Below are positions 31,093-39,988 of a stretch of 64,000 bases of DNA, in pieces; the first letter of the stretch is position 1, and each line of letters starts with the position of its first letter. Below the pieces are notes generated by a model, which was not told the DNA's origin, did not search any database, and saw only the letters and a list, made by a program, of their open reading frames with translations. The position numbers and the translations under genes were made by a program. This stretch comes from Candidatus Parcubacteria bacterium (GTDB lineage: Bacteria; Patescibacteriota; Minisyncoccia; Phycocordibacterales; CAIZLB01). The DNA lies in assembly GCA_039795775.1 (NCBI GenBank), contig JBDKLC010000005.1:3654-67653 (forward strand). The letters run 5' to 3'.

Positions 31093-31120
31093 ACCAAAAA
31101 GCAGCTGCAAACAACTAATA

Positions 31121-31153
31121 ACGGCGGGGGGTCTCGAAGAGACCCCCCGCCGT
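31121..31153 (+). terminator. 15-bp GC-rich hairpin with C-GAA-G loop
   Basis: ACGGCGGGGGGTCTC-GAA-GAGACCCCCCGCCGT; no immediate U-tract. Confidence 0.6.
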
Positions 31154-31216
31154 AACCATTTTATGCGCTTCAATTTATACATTTCAATTTACCGACAAGC
31201 TTCATTTCATTAATGT

Positions 31217-31271
31217 AAGACGTACAAAGTAAAAAGTCGGAATATTTCCGACTTTTTACTTTGTACGTCTT
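31217..31271. repeat. Perfect 26-bp inverted repeat (terminator or cruciform)
   Basis: AAGACGTACAAAGTAAAAAGTCGGAA-tat-TTCCGACTTTTTACTTTGTACGTCTT. Confidence 0.9.
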
Positions 31272-31327
31272 GGTATTACTTATGCAGTAAAACCTAAACA
31301 CCTAAAGTTCCGCATCCTTTTATTTCT

Positions 31328-32215
31328 TTATTTTTTCTCTAAGATTCCGTAAATGAAGTTACACGGAATTTGTAATTTTTTGAGGAAATCTTCAGCGAGT
31401 TTAAAGTCTTTGTTTTCTGAAAGGAATCGTTCAACCGCGAGCATTGGAGATGTTTCGTGTCCGTACAAACTCTGGTCCCATGTATCCTGCATCATGATGA
31501 TGTCACCTGATTGAAGAAGAGGACCGTAGGTAGTGAGCTCTTTGTATGTGTGTTCGTATGAGTGATCGTTATCAAATGAGAAGAGTACTTTTTTGCCAGG
31601 TGTTCGTGATGCAATAAAGGCTTTCACTTCGTCTACACAATCAAGACTACTTTTCCCATAGAGTGACTGAATTTTTTCAGTTGTCTTGTATGCATCATGA
31701 AATTCTTTTGCTGAAACAACATCAGCATCAGTGATATCGATAGTGAGAATTTTTGGCTGACAATATTTTGAAAGAAGTTCGTAAGTGAAAATTGCTGAAC
31801 CTCCTGATGCTGTTCCAAAATCAACAACGATTTCAGGTTTGAATGTTTCGAATACGTGAGGAATGTTTTTTTCTACATCTGTTCGTACTTGAAGGAAGGG
31901 GAGTTTCTTACCGTTTCGTTCGAGAACGGCATCAGACCATCCGATGTGCTTGCCATCTTTTGTAATAAAGCAAAGCGCAGGATATCCAATAATATTTTTT
32001 CCAATAAAAAACTGTTCTTTGTTTTCGATACCCTTTACTTGAGCATTGTGGATTCGTCGTACGTTCGCTTTGAGAGAAGTAAGGAGGGCAAAGTCATTTC
32101 TCTTAAAAAGATACATATATATAGTACGGAAGTCGTTCCGGAATATGTTTCTTATATAGAGGGCAAGGTGATACGCTTTTCTTACAAACGGTATATTCTT
32201 CAGTTTTGTTTTCAC
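31328..32215 (-). CDS. CmcI-family (sugar O-)methyltransferase
   Basis: KPEIVVDFGTASGGSA, DNDHSYEH..KEL..Y, GDIIMMQDT, PMLAVERFL. Confidence 0.78.
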   Translation of the reverse strand: MKTKLKNIPFVRKAYHLALYIRNIFRNDFRTIYMYLFKRNDFALLTSLKANVRRIHNAQVKGIENKEQFFIGKNIIGYPALCFITKDGKHIGWSDAVLERNGKKLPFLQVRTDVEKNIPHVFETFKPEIVVDFGTASGGSAIFTYELLSKYCQPKILTIDITDADVVSAKEFHDAYKTTEKIQSLYGKSSLDCVDEVKAFIASRTPGKKVLFSFDNDHSYEHTYKELTTYGPLLQSGDIIMMQDTWDQSLYGHETSPMLAVERFLSENKDFKLAEDFLKKLQIPCNFIYGILEKK

Positions 32216-32218
32216 GGG

Positions 32219-33514
32219 TTATGAATTAAATATTATTTTCAAGAGTTTACCTCGAGTATCCTTAAATAGGAAGAGGGAGAGGAAGTTACAGAAATATGAG
32301 ATAAATGTTGCCCAAGCAGCACCAGCGATGCCGTACTTGGGAATGAAGATGAAGTTGAGCACAACGTTCATTGCCATAGCTGAGAATGAAGCAATGAATA
32401 CAGCCTTCTGGTTGTTTTCAGCAAGCAAAAAGTTTTGTGTGAGGTAGGCGAGTGATGTTCCGATACCGGCCCAGATATAAATTTGGAGAATAGGTACTGC
32501 CCCTAGAAACTCCACGCCATATAAGAGCATGATAATTTGTTTTCCAAGAAGCGCCACAGGAAGTGCCACTCCAACAGAAATAAGAACCATAAACAGTCCC
32601 AATCGTTTGAGACGAGCATAGTAAATGTATTCTGATGTTTGTCGCGCATTTACGAGAGCGGGGAACAATGAACCAACAACAAGTCCAGGAATAAAGTACC
32701 ATGCTTCTGCGATTCGAGCAGCAGCGTCGTAAATACCAACTGACTTAGTATCAATAAAGTTTTTGATCATTACTTGATCGATTCGACTATAGATCACCGC
32801 AAATGCACTCGAGAAAAGAAGTGGTAAAGAATTGTAGAGAAGACTTTTTGCGATTTTGTAGTTGAATCTCCAATTGAGGACAGAATCGTAGTATTTGTTT
32901 CGATAGAAAATATAGAAGACTGCATATATAACAGGTTCGAGCATGAATATGATTGTCAAGTAGATGACACCTTTGTTCATGAATACCACGACTAGTTTTA
33001 AAATGTTGAGAAGAACAGATACGTACAGATTGATGAGAGAAGGATACTTTGCCAAAACACTCGCTTGAAACTCATAGGCAACAATATTCCAACCATTGAA
33101 AAGAAACGTCAGAGAAAGAATTGAAATCAACAAGAACGAAATGTCTTGGTGTGATGTATGCCATGCACTTCCAACTGCAATACCGATCATAATGATCCCC
33201 GCAACCATTTTTAAAATAATTGATGTACCGAGGTATTCATTCTTTTTGTCTGGATATTGAATGAGCTCTCTATATAAAATCTGATCTAATCCAAGACTTG
33301 TAAATACAGAGAAGATACCAATATAGCTAATAGAGTAACTAAGGAAGCCATAATTTTCTGGTCCAAGGTAACGCACTACATATGTAGTAACAAAGAAGGA
33401 GATAATAAGACTGAAAATACGAGAAAAGAACATCCAGCCTGCGTTTTTGAGGTATTTCTGAAATCCAGGATTATTGAGCCAAAGTAGGACTTTTTGATAA
33501 AAACTATTGTTCAT
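32219..33514 (-). CDS. wzx: Wzx-type polysaccharide flippase
   Basis: Multi-TM; RYLGPENYG, IYSRIDQVMI, VGIYDAAARI, LNFIFIPKYGIAGAAWAT. Confidence 0.9.
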   Translation of the reverse strand: MNNSFYQKVLLWLNNPGFQKYLKNAGWMFFSRIFSLIISFFVTTYVVRYLGPENYGFLSYSISYIGIFSVFTSLGLDQILYRELIQYPDKKNEYLGTSIILKMVAGIIMIGIAVGSAWHTSHQDISFLLISILSLTFLFNGWNIVAYEFQASVLAKYPSLINLYVSVLLNILKLVVVFMNKGVIYLTIIFMLEPVIYAVFYIFYRNKYYDSVLNWRFNYKIAKSLLYNSLPLLFSSAFAVIYSRIDQVMIKNFIDTKSVGIYDAAARIAEAWYFIPGLVVGSLFPALVNARQTSEYIYYARLKRLGLFMVLISVGVALPVALLGKQIIMLLYGVEFLGAVPILQIYIWAGIGTSLAYLTQNFLLAENNQKAVFIASFSAMAMNVVLNFIFIPKYGIAGAAWATFISYFCNFLSLFLFKDTRGKLLKIIFNS

Positions 33515-33582
33515 ACTGTATTATATTGTCCACTAGTATAGCAGGTTTATCATACAAAATAATATGCTAGAATAGCACCACT

Positions 33583-35847
33583 ATGAATTCGAACACAGCA
33601 TTACGATACAGTATTATTAGTCTTTTATTCGTTATCCCGTTTGTTCCGCTTATTGTTCTCGGGTCAATGTACTTCCCATATATCACAGGGAAGGCCTTTG
33701 TTTTTAGAACTCTCGTAGAGCTCGCACTCATCTTATATGCTTTTTTAGCTATTCGAGATAAGTCATATTTACCAAAGAAGTCTGCACTCCTTTGGGCTAT
33801 TCTTGGCTTCACTGCTATTCTTGGTCTCGCAACAATCTTCTCAGAAAATCCTTTCCGAAGTTTCTGGAGTAATTACGAACGAATGGAAGGCTATGTAACT
33901 GTTCTTCATTTGCTTGGATACTTTGTACTCCTTGCTGGTGTGTTCACTCGAAAGACATGGTACTGGTTTGCTCATACATCTCTTGCTGCAAGCATCATCA
34001 TTGGCCTTCGAGGTTTGGCTGATGGTCAGACTCGTATTTCAGGAACTCTTGGTAACTCTACATATCTCGGCGTGTATGCAATGCTTCACATCTTTATCGC
34101 TGGTCAATTTATGCTTCGAACTCTTTTCAAAAAAGTATTTTCTGAAGCATGGCCATGGGTTACAGGCTATCTCGTATTCATTGCTTTCAACGCGTTTATT
34201 CTTTACCGAACTGGTACACGAGGTTCATTCCTCGGACTTGTAGCCGGTACAATTGTTACTGCGCTTCTTCTCGCAATCTTTGAACGAACAAATAAAGTAA
34301 TTCGATATACAGGTATCAGTATCCTCGCACTTGTTGTTATCGTTGTCGGATCACTCGGTCTTGCTCGAAACACACAGTTTGTACAACAGTCACAACTTCT
34401 TGCTCGATTCAGTTCACTCATCACTACAGATGTAGGTTCTGTTCTCAAAAATCAGGGATATGCTCGAAGTGTTATTTGGTCAATGGCATACAATGGTTTT
34501 AAAGAACGACCAGTTCTCGGTTGGGGTCAGGACAACTTCAACTATGTATTCGCAAAGTACTATGATCCACGAATGTACAATCAGGAACAGTGGTTCGATC
34601 GAAGTCACAACGTATTCTTTGATTGGCTCATTGCTGGTGGTATCTTAGGTCTTCTTTCATACCTCTCACTCTTTGCAGCATTGCTGTATCTTCTCTGGAG
34701 AAAACAAAATCCAAACGTACAAGAACCATGGCTCTTTACTGAAAAGGCTGTGCTTACTGGACTTCTCGTCGCATATTTTATTCACAATCTCTTTGTGTTT
34801 GATCACCTTGTAAGTTACCTTATCTTCTTTGCTCTCTTGGCATATGTACACAACCGAAGTACAACATTAGCGACTGACAGCAGAAATGCTGGCGCTCTTA
34901 TTGAAAATGAAGGTACACAATATGCAGTAGCAGGACTTATTGGTGTTCTTCTTCTCGGAGCAATGTATGTAATTGTTATTAAGCCGTATTCAGTTTCAGC
35001 GAGTCTCATCCGAGCACTTCAAGCGCAGGTAGGAGGTACAGATTCAAGAGGAAATCGAATTCCTGCAGATTATAAAAAAGCTCTCGCAGAATTTAAAAAT
35101 GTATTTTCGATGAAAACATTTGGAAGTATTGAAGCTCGAGAACGATTGTCTGAAGTTGCTGGTGCTGCCGTAGCTGCAACAACTCTCGATACAGATACTA
35201 AAGTTGGATTCGTACAACTTACTCAGGATGAGTACAAGAAGCAGTTTGCAGAAACAGGAGCAGATCCTCGACCTCCACTCTTCTATGGATTGTTCTTGTC
35301 TCGAATAGGACAGACAGATGCTGCGTTGGTACAGATTCAGCGAGCTCTCGAACTTTCTCCAAAAAAACAATCATTCATCTTCCAAACAGCACTCTTGCAC
35401 TATCAGAAAGGAGAATTTGCAAAGGCCGTTGAATATGCAAAGAAAGGATATGAAGAAGAACCAGCATATAATGAAGCACTTGTCATTTATGCAGCTACAT
35501 TGATTTATAACAACCAGAGTGACATTGCAGAAAAAGAAATCGAAGCTGCGAAAGCTCGAGGTGTTGATGTAACAACTGACGAACGAATTCTCCAGGCGTA
35601 TGTTGAGAAAAAACAATTTGGAAGAATTCTCTCTCTGGTGAAGAAACAAGTAGAAGCAGATCCAAAAAATCCGCAGCTTCATGTTTCTCTCGCTGCAGCA
35701 TATTTAAAAGTGAATGATCGAAAGAACGCTATCAAAGAAATTCAGGAAGCAATCAAAATTGAGCCAGCATTCAAAGCTCAAGGAGAATCATTCATCAAAG
35801 AAATTCAAGCGGGAAGAGATCCATCACAAGCCGTACCAGCAAAATAA
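33583..35847 (+). CDS. O-antigen ligase / O-oligosaccharyltransferase family protein with C-terminal TPRs
   Basis: Multi-TM; GTLGNSTYLG, TGTRG, RPVLGWGQDNF, DRSHNVFFDWL; TPR-like helices. Confidence 0.85.
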   Translation: MNSNTALRYSIISLLFVIPFVPLIVLGSMYFPYITGKAFVFRTLVELALILYAFLAIRDKSYLPKKSALLWAILGFTAILGLATIFSENPFRSFWSNYERMEGYVTVLHLLGYFVLLAGVFTRKTWYWFAHTSLAASIIIGLRGLADGQTRISGTLGNSTYLGVYAMLHIFIAGQFMLRTLFKKVFSEAWPWVTGYLVFIAFNAFILYRTGTRGSFLGLVAGTIVTALLLAIFERTNKVIRYTGISILALVVIVVGSLGLARNTQFVQQSQLLARFSSLITTDVGSVLKNQGYARSVIWSMAYNGFKERPVLGWGQDNFNYVFAKYYDPRMYNQEQWFDRSHNVFFDWLIAGGILGLLSYLSLFAALLYLLWRKQNPNVQEPWLFTEKAVLTGLLVAYFIHNLFVFDHLVSYLIFFALLAYVHNRSTTLATDSRNAGALIENEGTQYAVAGLIGVLLLGAMYVIVIKPYSVSASLIRALQAQVGGTDSRGNRIPADYKKALAEFKNVFSMKTFGSIEARERLSEVAGAAVAATTLDTDTKVGFVQLTQDEYKKQFAETGADPRPPLFYGLFLSRIGQTDAALVQIQRALELSPKKQSFIFQTALLHYQKGEFAKAVEYAKKGYEEEPAYNEALVIYAATLIYNNQSDIAEKEIEAAKARGVDVTTDERILQAYVEKKQFGRILSLVKKQVEADPKNPQLHVSLAAAYLKVNDRKNAIKEIQEAIKIEPAFKAQGESFIKEIQAGRDPSQAVPAK

Positions 35848-35851
35848 TTAC

Positions 35852-35887
35852 AATTAATAACAGCTCCATCCGGAGCTGTTATTAATT
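35852..35887. terminator. Intrinsic terminator
   Basis: 16-bp arms AATTAATAACAGCTCC/GGAGCTGTTATTAATT. Confidence 0.8.
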
Positions 35888-35947
35888 TTCACATGTATAT
35901 ACATATATTTGATATACTTATATGCATTACTGGTATTTAATTTGTAC

Positions 35948-37015
35948 ATGAAGAAAATTCATATTTTTGCTGTGTTGGCTGTGGTTGTACTAGTTGCTGC
36001 ATTTGCCTATGCATTCTGGTTCAATCCAAATCCCAACATGTTCCTTCAGTCTTCTGCGGCGCGGAAGATTCAGGAATCGTTTAATCGTGGTGACATAGAT
36101 GGTTCAATCCGTCTTGCTGAAGAAGCAACTGCAAAGAATTCAAATGATTCTATGGCATATACGCTTCTTTCACTCTCATATTCTCAGAAGGGAACACTCG
36201 AGTTCAAAGAACAAGAATATGGAGCGAAAGCCGTAGAGGCAGCTAACAAGGCAATTAGTTTCTCTCCAAAAAATAGTGAAGCATATCGAGCTCTTGGATA
36301 TGCGTATGAAATTCAGCAAAAATATAATGATGCTTTTAGTGCATACAACCAAGCTATAGTCTTGGACTCATCTAACTATCAAGCAATTGCGGCTCGAGCA
36401 CATGCATATGATCTCTTTGGTGATATCGGAAATGCAAAAATTGGATACGAGCAAGCTCTCAAACTCGAACCATCACTTGATCTTACTCGACTTAACTTGG
36501 CTCGAGTATATGTTCGAGAACAGACATACGATAAAGCAACTGCCGAATTAAAACGACTTACTCAATCAGCAAAAAACGTAACTACTAAAGCTGATGCATA
36601 TCAGGTACTAGGTACTATTAGTCTCATTCAATCTCAGTCAGCGCAGGCAGTTTCACTTTTTGAACAATCAGTGCAACTCTTTGCATCGTCTTCAAGTGCA
36701 CAGGCCGGTCTAGCCCAAGCACATCTCTTGTACCTTGCTCAAACACTTTCAACATCTTCATCAATGGAAGTATTTTTGAAGCACATCGAGCAAGTGTTTG
36801 ATCACGCTCAGTTGTCTCTTGATATCAACCCCGCACAAGCTACTGGATATCTCGCATTAGCTGACGCTACACTACTCATCGGAGAAAAAGCAGAAGCAAA
36901 GAAGATCTATCAATTCATGCTTGATACAGCTGTTGATAACGACATTACATTAGGTGCTCAAGAAAAAGTAGGTATGAAGGCATATGTTAAAGATCAATTA
37001 TCAAAAATAAAGTAA
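35948..37015 (+). CDS. Membrane-anchored TPR protein
   Basis: N-terminal TM; AYRALGYAYE..A..AYNQAI, RLNLARVY, AYQVLG repeats; track start 35909. Confidence 0.82.
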   Translation: MKKIHIFAVLAVVVLVAAFAYAFWFNPNPNMFLQSSAARKIQESFNRGDIDGSIRLAEEATAKNSNDSMAYTLLSLSYSQKGTLEFKEQEYGAKAVEAANKAISFSPKNSEAYRALGYAYEIQQKYNDAFSAYNQAIVLDSSNYQAIAARAHAYDLFGDIGNAKIGYEQALKLEPSLDLTRLNLARVYVREQTYDKATAELKRLTQSAKNVTTKADAYQVLGTISLIQSQSAQAVSLFEQSVQLFASSSSAQAGLAQAHLLYLAQTLSTSSSMEVFLKHIEQVFDHAQLSLDINPAQATGYLALADATLLIGEKAEAKKIYQFMLDTAVDNDITLGAQEKVGMKAYVKDQLSKIK

Positions 37016-37019
37016 CAAT

Positions 37020-38057
37020 ATGAATACTTCAATTTCACACATGAAAAAGATATCGATTCTCCTCGTTGCTTTTGTATTTATGTTTGTAGCATTTGCTTTA
37101 CCGAAAAAAGCTGAAGCCTCATTCGAGATCAACATTAAAACTAATGTTGGTACATATAAAGTAACAATTAAACATTGGAACGATTGGGGAGAATGTAATG
37201 AATGTTATGATCGATATCGATCAGGATTCGTTACGACAGCAAAAGCATATGCACAAAAAGGGGCAGGAGTGTATCATTTCACACAAGCTTGTGGTAACCA
37301 CAATGATATTACAGTTCGATTGATTAAGAAGAATCCGCCTAAACCACCTATCATACCTCCGGTAATTCCAGTCACAACATGTTCTGCTGGATCAGGACAG
37401 ATTGTTGTTGGGGGAGTTTGTACGTGTCCTCTTGGACAGAATCTTGTCGGCGGTGTTTGTACAGGAATAGATAGTTGTCCTGCACAAAGTCTCATATATC
37501 CGACAGGATTCGTTGGACCACTTCCTACTGGAGGCGTGTACGAAACAGCTGCTTGTCCAAAATACACATGTAATAGCAACAACATTTGTGAAGCAAAAGA
37601 AAATAATTCAAGTTGTCCTGCTGATTGTAGTGTAACTCCGCCTCCACCTACATCTTGTACAAGTGATCCACTTGTTGGAACAACTTGCTCAACAGGAAGA
37701 TGTGGAGCAGAAGGAGATGGCACAATGATTTGTACACCATCTGGTCTTCAGTGTCAGACAGGTCCAGCTTATAAATGTGTTGGTGCAGCTATTGATACAT
37801 TCAAAGCACTTCCAGGTGATGTAAACAAAGGTCAGTCATGTACATTGTCTTGGGAAGTTGCAGACGCTGTAAGTTGTAAGATCACACGACCAAATGGAAC
37901 AACACTTCTCAGTGCTCCAGCGATTCCAAGAGGATCTTCTCCGTCAGATCCAATTCAAGAAACAACGATATATACACTTACATGTAAGGGAACAAATGAT
38001 GTTCCAGTTTCATCTCAGGTGAAATGTAAGTTGAATGCAGGAGTCACACAGTTCTAA
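37020..38057 (+). CDS. Secreted Cys-rich surface protein with a C-terminal Ig-like module
   Basis: Signal peptide, more than 25 Cys, VGGVCT repeats, CNSNNICE..SCPADC, CTLSW..TTIYTLTC. Confidence 0.72.
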   Translation: MNTSISHMKKISILLVAFVFMFVAFALPKKAEASFEINIKTNVGTYKVTIKHWNDWGECNECYDRYRSGFVTTAKAYAQKGAGVYHFTQACGNHNDITVRLIKKNPPKPPIIPPVIPVTTCSAGSGQIVVGGVCTCPLGQNLVGGVCTGIDSCPAQSLIYPTGFVGPLPTGGVYETAACPKYTCNSNNICEAKENNSSCPADCSVTPPPPTSCTSDPLVGTTCSTGRCGAEGDGTMICTPSGLQCQTGPAYKCVGAAIDTFKALPGDVNKGQSCTLSWEVADAVSCKITRPNGTTLLSAPAIPRGSSPSDPIQETTIYTLTCKGTNDVPVSSQVKCKLNAGVTQF

Positions 38058-38078
38058 TAAAACTAAAAAAGTTTTCTC

Positions 38079-38109
38079 AAAAAGTTCAGACAATGTCTGA
38101 ACTTTTTTT
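38079..38109 (+). terminator. Intrinsic terminator
   Basis: AAAAAGTTCAGACA-a-TGTCTGAACTTTTT followed by a T run. Confidence 0.8.
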
Positions 38110-38197
38110 GTTATATACATACAAAAACTTTTCATTAAATAAAAATAAAAAAATATAAAGAAAATAAAATATTTTTCTTAAAAAATAATTTTTATAC

Positions 38198-38206
38198 TTA
38201 TCCACA
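38198..38206 (+). promoter_or_regulatory. Perfect DnaA box in a very AT-rich intergenic region
   Basis: TTATCCACA, just upstream of a candidate promoter TTGCAG-17-GATAAT (38225-38253). Confidence 0.55.
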
Positions 38207-38381
38207 ATTATCTTAAAAAAAATATTGCAGTTGTTGTCAGTGTGACGGATAATTAAGAAGTATTTAGAGTGTGCAAGAAAATTTTTTGGAAATTATTTAT
38301 TAATGCTTCAAAAATATTTTCTCGACGTCGGCATTCTAAAAAAAAGTTTAAAAAGTAATTAGCTCTTTGAGCGCACCCAAC

Positions 38382-38483
38382 ATGGCTGCTAAAAAAGCAA
38401 AAAAGGCAACAAAGAAGAAAGTTGTTGCTAAAAAGTCTAAAGCTAAGAAGACTACAAAGAAAAAGACTGCAAAGCGAAAATAA
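38382..38483 (+). CDS. 33-aa Lys/Ala-rich histone-H1-like peptide (absent from the ORF track)
   Basis: MAAKKAKKATKKKVVAKKSKAKKTTKKKTAKRK*; candidate upstream promoter and its own terminator. Confidence 0.75.
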   Translation: MAAKKAKKATKKKVVAKKSKAKKTTKKKTAKRK

Positions 38484-38499
38484 TCGCTTAGTCTCACTT

Positions 38500-38531
38500 A
38501 ACAAAAAACCCTCATTTGAGGGTTTTTTGTT
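38500..38531. terminator. Bidirectional intrinsic terminator
   Basis: AACAAAAAACCCTCA-tt-TGAGGGTTTTTTGTT. Confidence 0.85.
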
Positions 38532-38574
38532 TGGTTACATTTGGATAAATGGAGGCTAATAGTATAATGAAATT

Positions 38575-39348
38575 ATGGATACACAGAATTTTTCATTATA
38601 CAAAGTTATCGCCTTCGATCTCGATAACACGCTTGCTCCAAGCAAGCTCATTATAGACAAAGAGATGGAGGAGTTGCTTGCAGCACTTCTTGCAAAAACA
38701 AAAGTGGCAGTAATATCAGGAGGTAGCTTTGCACAATTTGAAAAAGAACTCTTAGACCCACTCTCATGTTTTGATCTTTTCAAAAATCTACACATTTTTC
38801 CAACTGATGGTACTGCATACTACACATATGCAAAACACGAATGGACTCCTGTATATCAAGAATCACTGACGCAACAGCAAAAAGAAAAAATTATGAATGC
38901 ATTTCAAGAGGTACTTGGTAAGCTGCCATCTCTCTATGTATCATCACAAATGTTGTACGGAGCTCTTGTTGAAGATCGTGACTCTCAGATTACTTTTTCA
39001 GGGCTTGGGCAGCAGGCACCTCTCGAAATTAAGCGATCTTGGGATCCAGATGGAAAAGTTCGATCTGCGATGAAGCAACTTCTTCAACCTATGCTCCCAG
39101 AATTCAGTATTACTATTGCAGGTACTACATCAATTGATGTCACTCCAAAAGATCACGACAAAGCATATGCTATTTCAAAGATCTGCTCATATCTCAATGT
39201 GACAAAAGAAGAAATATTATTTATTGGGGATGCTCTTTTTCTTGGAGGGAATGATGCGCCTGTTATAAGTACGGGGGTACAGACAATGGCAGTACGAGGA
39301 CCAAACGAAACAAAACTTATTATCAAAAAGATGTTGAGTACACTATAA
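38575..39348 (+). CDS. HAD-IIB hydrolase, eukaryotic-type phosphomannomutase-like
   Basis: FDLDNTLAPSK, VISGG, VEDRDSQITFS, GTTSIDV, DKAY, FIGD..GGND. Confidence 0.82.
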   Translation: MDTQNFSLYKVIAFDLDNTLAPSKLIIDKEMEELLAALLAKTKVAVISGGSFAQFEKELLDPLSCFDLFKNLHIFPTDGTAYYTYAKHEWTPVYQESLTQQQKEKIMNAFQEVLGKLPSLYVSSQMLYGALVEDRDSQITFSGLGQQAPLEIKRSWDPDGKVRSAMKQLLQPMLPEFSITIAGTTSIDVTPKDHDKAYAISKICSYLNVTKEEILFIGDALFLGGNDAPVISTGVQTMAVRGPNETKLIIKKMLSTL

Positions 39349-39355
39349 TATACGT

Positions 39356-39958
39356 ATGATTCAACCATTTGCAGAACGTACACATGAGAAAATGAAAGAC
39401 GTCCTCATGCATCCAGATGCTTCGGGACCGACTATTCACTACTATATGATCCGAGGAGGCAGTGATAAGAAAAATATTACTGTGTGGGAACCTGGTACTG
39501 TTGGAGGCGAATATATAAAAGCATATGGACACTACCATGTTGGAGATCTCGATGAGACATACTGGATTTTAAGTGGAAAGGGAATTCTTCTTCTTCAGAT
39601 ATGTCGCAAGAATTCGCAAGGACAAGATATAAAAGATGAAATCGAAAAGACTGTAGCTGTTACACTCAGTGCTGGTGAAAGTGCATATATCCCATCTGGA
39701 GTAGGTCATCTTATGGTCAATACAGGCGATACATGGCTTGTTGCACGAGACGATAGTCCTGTAAATTTTAATGATGTAGACCCTGTGAGTCTTCCTGGCC
39801 ATGCAGACTATGAATCAGTTCACCATATGAAAGGTTTTGCGTACTATGTAGTAGAAGAAGAAGGTAGGCCAACGTTTGTAAAGAATCCAACCTACAAATA
39901 TGTACCACCGATCGTACTTATGTCTGCAGATGAGTATAAACAGAAAGGTTTGGTATAA
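39356..39958 (+). CDS. Cupin-type glucose-6-phosphate isomerase family protein
   Basis: PGTVGGEYIKAYGHYH, E.YWILSGKG..LLQ, IPSGVGHLMVNTG, KGFAYY. Confidence 0.8.
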   Translation: MIQPFAERTHEKMKDVLMHPDASGPTIHYYMIRGGSDKKNITVWEPGTVGGEYIKAYGHYHVGDLDETYWILSGKGILLLQICRKNSQGQDIKDEIEKTVAVTLSAGESAYIPSGVGHLMVNTGDTWLVARDDSPVNFNDVDPVSLPGHADYESVHHMKGFAYYVVEEEGRPTFVKNPTYKYVPPIVLMSADEYKQKGLV

Positions 39959-39988
39959 TGTAACCGTTTGCAGTCAATAACCTTTCCT

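Noticed and set aside
31118-31156. Integron attC site
   Set aside because: Lacks the paired RYYYAAC...GTTRRRY ends and extrahelical bases; no intI in the window
38105-38260. Replication origin
   Set aside because: Only one perfect DnaA box, no dnaA/dnaN nearby, and no lasting change in gene orientation
38253-38504. 83-aa minus-strand Phe/Leu-rich ORF
   Set aside because: Antisense shadow of the Lys-rich peptide gene
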